Below are positions 52,960 through 62,686 of a stretch of 64,000 bases of DNA, piece by piece; positions within the stretch are counted from its first letter, which is position 1, and each line of letters opens with the position of its first letter. Source of the stretch: a bacterium (GTDB lineage Bacteria > SAR324 > NAC60-12). Made by a program: the position numbers and the translations under genes. The stretch is taken from positions 384,001 through 448,000 of the forward strand of contig CBDBHR010000030.1 of assembly GCA_965205865.1 (NCBI GenBank), written 5' to 3'. Under the pieces are notes generated by a model, which saw only the letters and a list, made by a program, of their open reading frames with translations, had not been told where the DNA came from and made no database searches.

Positions 52960-54342
52960 ATGAGTGCAACAACACTCAGCTATGCGAAAATCGATGACGA
53001 CCTACTCGCCCTGCTGGATCGTCCGCACCCCTCTTATTTTCTCTTGGTACTGGGCTTCGTGACAGCGCTGGGATTGGGTGTACTTTCCGTTGCCGTTCAA
53101 ATCAACGTTGGTATTGGTTACAGCGGGATCAGTCATCCGATTGGATGGGGAGTCTACATCACTAATTTCGTATTCTGGATCGGGATTGGTCATGCCGGCA
53201 CGCTTATTTCCGCAGTTTTTTATTTGACTCGCGCTCCCTGGAGAACAGCTATCTATCGTGGCGCGGAAGCGATGACGGTTTTTGCGGTGATGACTGCGGG
53301 ACTCTTTCCTCTGCTGCACACGGGTCGTCCCTGGCTCGCCTATTGGCTGATCCCTTACCCCAATCAAAGGATGCTCTGGGTTAATTTTAAATCGCCTTTG
53401 CTTTGGGACGTTTTTGCGGTGACCACCTACCTGACTGTTTCTGTGCTTTTCTTCATGATCGGCTTGATTCCGGATATTGCGATCATACGAGATGACGCGA
53501 TTCGTAAAGGCAAGAAATTGCGGGCATTGATCTTCATCCCCTTGTCATTTATGTGGCGTGGTACCAATTTTCAATGGATGCACTATCTCCGCGGCTACAT
53601 GATATACGCCGCCATCGCCACCCCTCTTGTCTTCTCAGTACATTCCATCGTTTCCTGGGATTTTGCCATGTCCTCACTTCCAGGCTGGCACACTACGATC
53701 TTTGCCCCTTATTTCGTCGCTGGCGCAATTTTCTCGGGATTGGCGATGGTGATGACGGCTTTGATTCCAATGCGGGTTGTATTCGACTTGGAAAAATACA
53801 TCACCGATCACGTCATTCAAAGCGTCTGCCGCGTCATTCTGTTCACTTCGGTGATCGTGGGTTACGCGTATGGCAGTGAATTTTTTATTGCCTGGTACAG
53901 TGGCAGCGAATTCGAACGCTCTCTCTTTTACTTCAGGACCTTTGGCGCCATGGAAGACTGGACGCTTTTGGGAGAGCAAGAAATCGGTTTTCCACAGATT
54001 GCATTCTTTTTGATGGTTTTCTGCAACGTGATTGCGCCTCTTCCTCTCTGGCGTTGGAAAATCCGCAACAACATCGTTTGCGTGTGGATCATCTGCGCCC
54101 TGATCAACGTGGGGATGTGGTTCGAACGTTTCAACATTGTGGGCAGCTCCCTGCAAAGGGATTTCATCCCCTCCGCCTGGGGGTCCTATTGGCCGACCGT
54201 TGTTGAGTTTGGCATAACTATTGGCAGTTTTGGTTTCTTTTTCACGTTGTTCAGTTTATTCGCAAAATCCCTACCGCCCATGGCCATCATGGAAATGAAA
54301 GAAAACGCGCATCCCCCCATGAAGAAGGAGATAGATGAGTAA
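52960..54342 (+). CDS. actC: NrfD/PsrC-family quinol-binding membrane subunit
   Basis: FVFWIGIGHAGTLISA, SPLLWD and WFERF motifs. Confidence 0.93.
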   Translation: MSATTLSYAKIDDDLLALLDRPHPSYFLLVLGFVTALGLGVLSVAVQINVGIGYSGISHPIGWGVYITNFVFWIGIGHAGTLISAVFYLTRAPWRTAIYRGAEAMTVFAVMTAGLFPLLHTGRPWLAYWLIPYPNQRMLWVNFKSPLLWDVFAVTTYLTVSVLFFMIGLIPDIAIIRDDAIRKGKKLRALIFIPLSFMWRGTNFQWMHYLRGYMIYAAIATPLVFSVHSIVSWDFAMSSLPGWHTTIFAPYFVAGAIFSGLAMVMTALIPMRVVFDLEKYITDHVIQSVCRVILFTSVIVGYAYGSEFFIAWYSGSEFERSLFYFRTFGAMEDWTLLGEQEIGFPQIAFFLMVFCNVIAPLPLWRWKIRNNIVCVWIICALINVGMWFERFNIVGSSLQRDFIPSAWGSYWPTVVEFGITIGSFGFFFTLFSLFAKSLPPMAIMEMKENAHPPMKKEIDE

Positions 54343-54856
54343 GTTTAATGGAGTCTGGGCCAGTTTTGAGTATCTTGACGAACTCACGGAGGCAATTGAG
54401 AAAGTGCGGCAGCAGGGAACACAGCCGCAAGTGCTTTCTCCCTGCCCCCGGCATGAAATCGAACGCGCATTGGGAGATCCGCAAACCCGGCTACCCTTCA
54501 TCGCTTTGATTTTTGGCGCCTTGGGTTGCCTGACCGGATACAGTTTTCCCGCCTGGACGGCCTCTGATTGGATTTTACCAGTGGGCGGGAAACCCCTTTT
54601 GGCGATTCCACCCTTCACTATCATAGGATTTGAATTGACCATCTTGTTCACCGCTCTTTTTACGCTGGCAGGCATGATTGTTTTGATTGCGTTTGACGCC
54701 CTTCGCTATCCTCTGCCGAAAGGGGTTAAAAAATACGCGCGCTTTCAAAGAGATCGTTTCGGTCTGGTGGTTGCTTGCGAATCCAATCAAACCCAGGATT
54801 TTGAAAAACTCTTAAAAGCTCATGGAGCCGAGGAGGTGCGCATTGAAACTCATTAG
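54335..54856 (+). CDS. actD: ACIII subunit D (DUF3341)
   Basis: Two TM helices; VGGKP...FELTIL; operon position. Confidence 0.85.
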   Translation: MSKFNGVWASFEYLDELTEAIEKVRQQGTQPQVLSPCPRHEIERALGDPQTRLPFIALIFGALGCLTGYSFPAWTASDWILPVGGKPLLAIPPFTIIGFELTILFTALFTLAGMIVLIAFDALRYPLPKGVKKYARFQRDRFGLVVACESNQTQDFEKLLKAHGAEEVRIETH

Positions 54857-55535
54857 ACTCATGCAGACCCTCCGTACCAACGTTCCAGCCACCGCATTCG
54901 TCATAATCCTGATGATTCCGAGTATTGGCATGGAAGGATGGGCCAATCCTCCCAATCGTCCTTTGAGCGACCCTGAAAAGGGAGGCTACAATTTCAAGGA
55001 TGATGCGCGCCCCTGGTTCGACTGGATTGAAATTCCCTACTATCGGGAAATGTTCGATGGCCCCGGTATCAAAGCCCAGCAAGAAGGAACTTACCAGCAA
55101 TTTCCCCAAGGCGCGGTTCCCGTAAAATTCAGCTTAGGAAAAATCCAATCCATCTTTGAACCGATTCTCTTTGCGGAGCGGGAAATCAAACCACAAAATC
55201 CGACGCAAGCCACCGCTGAATCGATTGCGAGGGGACAGCTGTTGTTCAATACGTACTGCAGCGTATGTCATGGAAAAACGGGGAAAGCAGACACGGTTGT
55301 TGCGCAAAAATCCAAGGGGATCCTTTATATTCCCGCAGATCTTACTCTGTATATTCAAACTTTTGGCGAGCCCCATCTTTACAACAAAATACGGTACGGC
55401 AGCTACTACAACACGGGATATTATTACCCCCTGCCCGGACTGATGCCGTCATACGGAGCGCAAACCTCCCCTCAGGACCGTTGGGATATGGTTAACTACA
55501 TGAAGAGTGAAAATTTTGGTAAGGAGGCGAAATAG
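54843..55535 (+). CDS. actE: Monohaem cytochrome c, ACIII subunit E
   Basis: CSVCH...MPSY...DRW; start uncertain (TTG after GAGGAGG). Confidence 0.85.
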   Translation: MKLIRLMQTLRTNVPATAFVIILMIPSIGMEGWANPPNRPLSDPEKGGYNFKDDARPWFDWIEIPYYREMFDGPGIKAQQEGTYQQFPQGAVPVKFSLGKIQSIFEPILFAEREIKPQNPTQATAESIARGQLLFNTYCSVCHGKTGKADTVVAQKSKGILYIPADLTLYIQTFGEPHLYNKIRYGSYYNTGYYYPLPGLMPSYGAQTSPQDRWDMVNYMKSENFGKEAK

Positions 55536-56810
55536 ATGAAAGAGTTATTGGATAAGTCAGGCTTCGAGATTTCAGGCCCCGTGAAAATGGGGCTTTGGAT
55601 CTGCGTGGTCCTCGGAGTACTGATGTTCATTACTGGCTTGGCTACCAGTGGTCAGGAAGGACTGGTACGCACTTGGGAGACCTTGTTGATCAACGTCATG
55701 TTCTGGGGAGGATTGGCTCAAGCCGGAGTGATCTGGTCCGTGATCTGGCAAATCACTGATGCGAAATGGGCAAGGCCATTCAAACGCATGGCAGAAGCCT
55801 GTGGGGCGTTTTTGCCCCTTTCTTTTTTCTTGTTCATCCTGGTTTTTTTTGGAAGCCATTTTCTTTACGAATGGGTGGAAAATCCTTTCATGCACCATGG
55901 GCGCGCGGTCAAGGAGGGCTGGCTGAATCTCCATTTCTTTGTCGCTCGAAATATTTTCTGGCTGGTATTGATGTACGGCGTTTCTTACATCTTTGTGATT
56001 ACCTCTCTGAAGCCCGATTTTGGTCTGGCCCGTCAGTTGTCGCAAGGATGGGGAGGCAAACTGGGGGATTTTCTCCTCAAGGGATACGGGGCGCATGAAA
56101 ACGAAGTGCTTCGTTTGGAACAGCTCTCCCGGAGACTGGCTCCTACACTGGCGCTGATTTATACGATTGCGGCAACTTTCATTGCCTGGGATTTTATCAT
56201 GAGCCTGGACCAGGAATGGTTCAGCACCCTTTTTGGCGTATTCATTATAGTGGGGAGTTTGCAGACGGCCCTGGGGATTCTCCTGGCAGTGGCAGTGACG
56301 TTTCGCGACAAGTTGGATCTTGGAGAGTACATCACGATCAACCGCTTGCACGATCTGGCTAAAATGACATTTGCTTTTTCTTTGGTGTGGACCTACATGG
56401 GCTACTCTCAATATCTTGTCATTTGGTATGCGGATCTTCCCGAGGAAACTCCATTCCTGGTCATCCGTTCATTTGAACAGCCCTGGCAAACGCTGTTCGT
56501 CATCGTTATCTTGTGGATTTTCGTATCCGTCTTTTTGATCTTGTTGCCCAAGACCATCTGCCGCACTCCCTGGATCATTCGTATTGTGGGAATTTATGTT
56601 GCAATCGGGCATTGGGTGGCCATCTATTTGCTGATCGTTCCCTCGCTTCAGGAGCCGGGACATTATCACATTCTTTTTGGCGCCCATGAAATTTTAATCA
56701 CGCTTGGATTTCTTGGCGCATTTTTCCTCTGTTATTTCACTTTTCTGGGAAAAGTGCCGATTGTCCCCATCTCGGACAAACATCTTTGCAAATCATGGCA
56801 TGGTCACTGA
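55536..56810 (+). CDS. actF: ACIII membrane subunit F
   Basis: Polytopic; WFSTLFG, HDLAK and SQYLVIWYADLPEE motifs. Confidence 0.88.
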   Translation: MKELLDKSGFEISGPVKMGLWICVVLGVLMFITGLATSGQEGLVRTWETLLINVMFWGGLAQAGVIWSVIWQITDAKWARPFKRMAEACGAFLPLSFFLFILVFFGSHFLYEWVENPFMHHGRAVKEGWLNLHFFVARNIFWLVLMYGVSYIFVITSLKPDFGLARQLSQGWGGKLGDFLLKGYGAHENEVLRLEQLSRRLAPTLALIYTIAATFIAWDFIMSLDQEWFSTLFGVFIIVGSLQTALGILLAVAVTFRDKLDLGEYITINRLHDLAKMTFAFSLVWTYMGYSQYLVIWYADLPEETPFLVIRSFEQPWQTLFVIVILWIFVSVFLILLPKTICRTPWIIRIVGIYVAIGHWVAIYLLIVPSLQEPGHYHILFGAHEILITLGFLGAFFLCYFTFLGKVPIVPISDKHLCKSWHGH

Positions 56811-57003
56811 AATTCTCCCCATTCCTCCTTTTTGCTCCCTGGGAAGGAAGGATGCTTCGGGAAGGAGTTTTGTGAACTTTCATTTAAAGACTTGACAGAT
56901 GAGCTACTCCAATATTAATTTAGGGAGATTGGAGTGAATCTCTTATTGAGAGAGATTTTTATATAAACTCCGCGCAAGAGATGATTTTATTATAAGGGAG
57001 AAT

Positions 57004-57702
57004 ATGATGGCAGTTTTCACAATGGACGGTTTATACATGATATTACGTTGGGCCCATTTATTGGCGGGGATCACCTGGATTGGCCTTCTTTATTATTTTA
57101 ATTTTGTGCAATCAGAATGGTTTAAAGAAACGGAGGCCGGTGCCAAGTCCGCTGCTGTTCAAAAATTGGTTCCGCGCGCTTTATGGTGGTTCAGGTGGGC
57201 AGCGATGGTGACATTCCTGGCAGGAGCTCTCACTCTTTTGTTAAAAGGCGGCCATGCTGGTTGGGCGATTTATGATACCTCCTGGGGTATTTTCATATTG
57301 ACCGGATCTGCAATGGGAACCTTGATGTTTTTGAATGTCTGGCTCATTATCTGGCCGGCGCAACAAGTGGTCATCGCATCGGCAGACCAAGTGGCTCAAG
57401 GAGGAAAAGCCATTCCGGATGCAGTGGAACGAGGAGCGAAAGCAACATTGGCTTCTCGTACGAACACGCTCTTTTCCATTCCGATGCTATTCTTCATGGG
57501 AGCGGCCAGTCATTTGCCTTTGAATGCTTCAGAAGATTATAGCAGAAGCGCCCTGGTGATTGTGCTTGCCATCATCATCGGCGCACTCGAAATAAATTCC
57601 ATAGTGGGCAAACCGAGTGTGATGACAACAGTGAAAGGAGTCATCACTTGGGGTTTTGGCCTGTCTGTGGTTTTATACGCAGTCATTGAAATTATAGTCT
57701 GA
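57004..57702 (+). CDS. Urate oxidase N / PuuD-like membrane protein
   Basis: RWAH..AGITWIGLLYYFNF and ASRTN motifs. Confidence 0.8.
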   Translation: MMAVFTMDGLYMILRWAHLLAGITWIGLLYYFNFVQSEWFKETEAGAKSAAVQKLVPRALWWFRWAAMVTFLAGALTLLLKGGHAGWAIYDTSWGIFILTGSAMGTLMFLNVWLIIWPAQQVVIASADQVAQGGKAIPDAVERGAKATLASRTNTLFSIPMLFFMGAASHLPLNASEDYSRSALVIVLAIIIGALEINSIVGKPSVMTTVKGVITWGFGLSVVLYAVIEIIV

Positions 57703-57804
57703 TCTCTTCTCTCTTTTCCGTTTCACAGGCAACGCCAATCCGGGGGTTTCCGGATTGGCGCCTGTCCGCATTTCCCAATATCCGTTTGAAAAATTCTTTT
57801 TTAT

Positions 57805-58155
57805 ATGAAAAATCGAACAGTCTGCGGATGGATATTGGCATGCTTGTTGGTAATAATAATCGGCTGCGAGAAGAGCCGGAATTCCTCTTCGCAGAGTTCT
57901 GCGGATAGCGTTTTGCTCCAAAAAGGGAAAATCGTCTATATTGCGAATTGCACTGCGTGCCATCATACGGATCCCGCGCAAAATGGAGCGCTTGGCCCCT
58001 CAGTGGCGGATTCTTCATTGGAACTCCTGCAATTGCGACTCTTGCAATCGAAATACCCGGCAGGGTATGTTCCTAAGAGAAGCACAAAAATCATGCTCCC
58101 CCTACCCCATCTTAAAAATAACATCCAGGCGCTTCATGCTTTTTTGAACCAGTAA
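57805..58155 (+). CDS. Cytochrome c lipoprotein
   Basis: Lipobox IIGC; CTACH. Confidence 0.85.
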   Translation: MKNRTVCGWILACLLVIIIGCEKSRNSSSQSSADSVLLQKGKIVYIANCTACHHTDPAQNGALGPSVADSSLELLQLRLLQSKYPAGYVPKRSTKIMLPLPHLKNNIQALHAFLNQ

Positions 58156-58331
58156 AAGCAGCGGGACACCCCCTTAAAAAACGCTAGACCTATCAGAGAT
58201 AAAAAGGTATCTTTCGTCATGGATATTTGTGAGATACGCAACCAGATGGCTATTATCCGCAAGGAGACGAGAGACAGTGGTATCCGGTTGTTTGTTGTTT
58301 CTGCGCGCCCCCAATCAATATCAAGAAGTTT

Positions 58332-59219
58332 ATGCGAATACTCATTGCGGATGACAATGTAGAAATTCTTGATCAACTGAGACATTTCCTTGAAATGCAA
58401 GGTCACGGCGTCATCGAAGCTCAAGATGGCAACCAGGCGCTTGAACTTTTCGAGCAACAGAAAGTGGATGCCGTCTTCAGTGCGCTCACCATGCCCAAAA
58501 TGGGAGGCATGGAACTCTTGAAAGAACTGAAAGCGCTGCGTGCCAATCTCCCTTTTGTGCTCATCTCCCGGCATGAAGGCGCTCAAAACATCCTGGCTGC
58601 CTTGCATTTGGGGGCTTGTGATTTTCTCATCAAACCTCTCACCACTGCCAATCTCCATCGAACTCTTCACCAAGTCAGCGCCTTGTATGGGGATTATCAA
58701 TTCGACTATTTTTGCTTGGAACACTCCATCTCGGAATCTCGCAGTTTGGAGTTAGGAAACGATTTTGAATATATCAACCAGATTGTGGCTTTCATTACCC
58801 GGGATGCGCCTTTTTATGGAATTCTCGAAAAGGAAGACCTGTTCTCTCTGGATATCGTATTGGCGGAAGCTTTGGAAAACGCCATTTTTCATGGTAATCT
58901 GGAAATTCCTTCTGAATTGAAAAATGACGGGTATTCCCTTTTTCAGGAAGAAGGAACGCGACGCAGACAAATCATGCCGTATCGAGATAGAAAAATTTAT
59001 CTTTTCTATGAAATCACGCAAAATTCCGTCAAATATGTAATTCGTGATGAAGGAAATGGATTTGCGCACGAAAATATTTTGGATGCCAGGGACCCGGATA
59101 ATCTTTTCAGAATCACGGGTCGAGGGATGTTGCTGACAATCAATTTCATGGATGAAGTTTTTTGGAACGAGCGGGGCAATGAAATCACCATGGTCCGTTA
59201 TCGCAAAAGAAATCAATAG
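58332..59219 (+). CDS. Receiver domain plus RsbW-like HATPase
   Basis: ILIADD start; EALENAIFHGN, DEGNGF and GRG motifs; the usual phospho-Asp appears replaced (FSALTMP). Confidence 0.85.
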   Translation: MRILIADDNVEILDQLRHFLEMQGHGVIEAQDGNQALELFEQQKVDAVFSALTMPKMGGMELLKELKALRANLPFVLISRHEGAQNILAALHLGACDFLIKPLTTANLHRTLHQVSALYGDYQFDYFCLEHSISESRSLELGNDFEYINQIVAFITRDAPFYGILEKEDLFSLDIVLAEALENAIFHGNLEIPSELKNDGYSLFQEEGTRRRQIMPYRDRKIYLFYEITQNSVKYVIRDEGNGFAHENILDARDPDNLFRITGRGMLLTINFMDEVFWNERGNEITMVRYRKRNQ

Positions 59220-59222
59220 TGC

Positions 59223-60038
59223 TTGCCAACCATTATGACCCGTTTCAATCTTTATTCTAATCTTTCTTCACTGTTCTGCTCACGAAAATATTCTCTGATT
59301 TTCCCATTGCTACTTTTGCTGGGGAGCTTGCTGCAAAGTTGTGGCACAGGAATTGATGGTGAACTGACTACAGTCGAATTGTACCATAAAGCCTTGATGT
59401 CCTATGAAGATGATTCTCTAAAAGAGGCGCAGACTGGTTTTGAAAAAGTCATCGAGCAAAGTCCGGAAACTCGTCTGGCCACGCTTTCCTATTTGAAATT
59501 GGGTGAACTGCATTTCAATACCTCCGCATGGGATGAGGCGGAAATCAATTACCGCGCTTTCCTCGATCTCAGTCCGAATAGCCATCTGACTCCCTATGTC
59601 TTGAGCCAGCTGATTTCCCTCAACTACAAGAGAAATTTTCAGGGACTGATTTTCAAAAGCCGGGAGTCCGATCGAAATATGGAACCCAATCGAAAAATCA
59701 TCCGGGATTATCAGCGTTTTTTCTTTTTATACCCCAACAACGCCTACCTCTCCGACGTGAAAACTTTCCTGACCCGTGCCAGGAGAGACCTTGCTGATCA
59801 TGAATTTATAGTCGGGGATTTTTATTTTGAACAAAAAGCGTTTCATTCCGCGATCTCGAGGTATTTACACCTTTTGAAAACCTATCCTGAATACCCGCGA
59901 AACAAAGAAGTCGCACTGCGATTGATCGACGCCTATCAAGCCAATCAGCAACCTCAGCTTGCCGATGAAATGCGCAAAGCAATGGAAATACGCTTTGCTT
60001 CGGATCGTAATGAAGGAATGTCGTCACAGGCGCCATAA
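59223..60038 (+). CDS. bamD: Outer-membrane assembly lipoprotein BamD
   Basis: Lipobox LQSC; TPR repeats; LADHEFIVGDFY. Confidence 0.85.
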   Translation: MPTIMTRFNLYSNLSSLFCSRKYSLIFPLLLLLGSLLQSCGTGIDGELTTVELYHKALMSYEDDSLKEAQTGFEKVIEQSPETRLATLSYLKLGELHFNTSAWDEAEINYRAFLDLSPNSHLTPYVLSQLISLNYKRNFQGLIFKSRESDRNMEPNRKIIRDYQRFFFLYPNNAYLSDVKTFLTRARRDLADHEFIVGDFYFEQKAFHSAISRYLHLLKTYPEYPRNKEVALRLIDAYQANQQPQLADEMRKAMEIRFASDRNEGMSSQAP

Positions 60039-60069
60039 AGGGGATGGGAGGATAGAACGGGGACCGTCC

Positions 60070-60540
60070 ATGAAAACTGAAGGACAGAGTATAAGTCCAT
60101 CCATGTCCCGCAAAGTTCCAATTACCGCATTTGAATCCAATTGGCATTGGGGCAAGCCCATGTTTTTTGTACGTCCTCAACGTCGATTCAAGAATGAGGA
60201 TCATATTTCGAGCAAGGGAAAGCATTTCATTTGCAAGATCTGTAAAACCCCTGTCAGCCAACCTCGCTATTTACTGGCCATCGATGGTGACACGCCTTAT
60301 CATACATTCTATAATCCCAGTCATCGTCGTTTTGACGTCATGACCCTTTCCTTCTGTCAGTCGGTGCTCGACGTTTCTCCTCCTTCAGCGGAATACGCTT
60401 GGTTTGTGGGGTACATCTGGATTGTCCTCTGTTGCGCATCTTGTTATGAGCATCTGGGATGGCGATTCGAAAGCGCAGAAAAATCACCAAAACAATTTTT
60501 CGCCATGATTGCGGACAAGCTTGAAACTGCGGCGAGCTAG
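60070..60540 (+). CDS. Bacterial cereblon (CULT domain) protein
   Basis: CxxC...NP...WF.GY.W...CxxC..HLGW.F. Confidence 0.85.
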   Translation: MKTEGQSISPSMSRKVPITAFESNWHWGKPMFFVRPQRRFKNEDHISSKGKHFICKICKTPVSQPRYLLAIDGDTPYHTFYNPSHRRFDVMTLSFCQSVLDVSPPSAEYAWFVGYIWIVLCCASCYEHLGWRFESAEKSPKQFFAMIADKLETAAS

Positions 60541-60675
60541 CGCTCTTTGCGCATTCCAAATGCTCTGCAAAAATGGGATTTTCTCAATCTTTAGATTGAA
60601 AGTCGATGTGTTTTCAGTTAATAAGAAAGATTTATAAATTACGCGTATTCATCTTGATCCCATAAAGGAACTCAA

Positions 60676-61392
60676 ATGCCGATTTCGATAGAAGACTTGG
60701 TGGCGCTCAGTCGAACAGATCAGCAACTGAACACTTCACAACGTAGTTCAGAGCAGCTGGAGCAACAAATCATGGAAGCGCGTGAGCCACTGAGTCACTA
60801 CGAATCAGAGCTCGAGGAAAAAAAGGAACAATTTGAGTCGGTCACTCTGATCAATCGAGACGCGCAAAAAAAAATGGAGGAAGAAGATCTCTTTATCAGC
60901 AAAGTAGAAGCTCAGGTTCCTTTGATCAGAACGGTAAAAGAATTCAACGCCCGTAAAAAAGAATTGGAAGAAGCTCGGAAACGGCGTGGGATTGCGGAAA
61001 ACGAATCACTCGAAAGTGAGATCAAACAAGAAGAATACCGGACGGAGTTGAATCAGCTTCAAGAAAATTGGAGCCAGGCAAAAGAAGAATTCGAGAAAAA
61101 TATTACCGACCTGGTCCTGCGAAAAAATTCCACCACAAAAAAGCTGAATGAGTTGAAGAATCGTCAAGTCGATTTAAGGACAAAACTCGATGCCGCATTG
61201 AGTCGCCAGTATCAGAACTTTCGTCAAAGGAATATCGTTCCTGCCATTTGCCCGGTTGTCAACAAAGCATGCAGCGGATGCAACTCGGTGTTGCCGCCAC
61301 AGATGTTCAATGAAATGATTGCCAACCCGGACAAACACCGCAATTGCCCATTCTGCTTCCGTATTATTTTCTACCTTGCTGAAAAACGGTAA
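60676..61392 (+). CDS. Coiled-coil protein with C4 zinc ribbon (CT398-like)
   Basis: Long coiled coil; CSGC...CPFC. Confidence 0.85.
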   Translation: MPISIEDLVALSRTDQQLNTSQRSSEQLEQQIMEAREPLSHYESELEEKKEQFESVTLINRDAQKKMEEEDLFISKVEAQVPLIRTVKEFNARKKELEEARKRRGIAENESLESEIKQEEYRTELNQLQENWSQAKEEFEKNITDLVLRKNSTTKKLNELKNRQVDLRTKLDAALSRQYQNFRQRNIVPAICPVVNKACSGCNSVLPPQMFNEMIANPDKHRNCPFCFRIIFYLAEKR

Positions 61393-61429
61393 TGCCCACT
61401 CATACAGGTTCATTCGGTTGTAACTCCCC

Positions 61430-62686
61430 GTGCTTATTCCTTCTTGTTTGCTTCTTTTCAAAAAATTTTTCTACCGCTTCAACTGGCGAATCACTCCATT
61501 GATTTTCTTCGTTTGTCTGGGAGTTTTCCTCTCGGGTTGCGGAGAATTTCACTATTATCTGCAAGCCATCGAAGGACATCTGGATATTTTGAACCGCAAA
61601 AAAGACTTGCGACAGTTGCTGCAAGATCCTCAAACCCCACCCCCATTGGCCAGGAAACTCAGATTGGTCCGGCATGTTCGCCAATTTGCCAAAGAACAAC
61701 TGCAATTGCCACGCATCCAGGGGTACACGGCTTATGCCGATATCGAAAAAACCTATGTCAGTACGGTGGTGACGGCCTCTCAGGCCTTGAAACTGGAGCC
61801 ATACCAATGGTGTTTTTTATTCGTAGGATGCGTGGCGTATCGCGGGTACTTTGATTCTGCGCGGGCAAAAGCCTATGCCGGTCAATTGGCAAAAGAAGGC
61901 TGGGACGTCGCTCTCGGAAAAGTTCGCGCCTATTCGACTTTAAAGTGGTTGAATAATGAATTTATGCCCGATTATTTCAAAGACCCCATTCTCAATACAT
62001 TTATTGAACGTTCAGACAGGGAGATTATTGGCACCTTGATTCACGAAATGGCCCATCAAGTGGTTTTTGTTGCCGGAGACACTTCCTTCAATGAATCTTT
62101 TGCTGTCTTTGTGGAACAGGAAGGGATGAAGCAATATATGCAATCCCGCAATCAAGAAGACTCCCCGGCATACCGGCGTTATCTTCAGAGCAATGAAGAC
62201 CAAAACCGCTTTCTGCGGATCATCCGGACCTTCTATAAGAGATTCGAGGAACTCTATCACTCACCATTGTCGGAAAAGGAGAAATTGCTTCACAAAAAGC
62301 GACTTTTTCTGGAAATGCGGGAAAAATATCGACAAATTGCGCATCAATTCAAAGTGTTGAATTACCGCGGTTGGTTTGAACAACCCTTGAACAATGCGCA
62401 TTTATTGGGAATAAAGCGATACCATAGTTATACGACTTCTTTCCAGCGAATTTTTGAGGAGCAGCATCGGCATTGGCCTGCATTTTTTAAGACAATTGAA
62501 GAAATTGCAGATCTTCCCAAAGATGAGCGTGACGCCTATTTACAGTCGCGACAATCCACGAACCGAGGTTCTTTTTCGGAAAACCAGGGGTTTTCAAAGG
62601 GGAATATCCGGAAGGGAAATTTCAGGATTCTGCCGAAAAAACGATTTTACTCAAATCCATATAATCTGCAGACCAATTTGCAATAG
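61430..62686 (+). CDS. Predicted zinc aminopeptidase lipoprotein
   Basis: Lipobox LSGC; HEMAH...FNES; 3' end overlaps glyS. Confidence 0.85.
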   Translation: MLIPSCLLLFKKFFYRFNWRITPLIFFVCLGVFLSGCGEFHYYLQAIEGHLDILNRKKDLRQLLQDPQTPPPLARKLRLVRHVRQFAKEQLQLPRIQGYTAYADIEKTYVSTVVTASQALKLEPYQWCFLFVGCVAYRGYFDSARAKAYAGQLAKEGWDVALGKVRAYSTLKWLNNEFMPDYFKDPILNTFIERSDREIIGTLIHEMAHQVVFVAGDTSFNESFAVFVEQEGMKQYMQSRNQEDSPAYRRYLQSNEDQNRFLRIIRTFYKRFEELYHSPLSEKEKLLHKKRLFLEMREKYRQIAHQFKVLNYRGWFEQPLNNAHLLGIKRYHSYTTSFQRIFEEQHRHWPAFFKTIEEIADLPKDERDAYLQSRQSTNRGSFSENQGFSKGNIRKGNFRILPKKRFYSNPYNLQTNLQ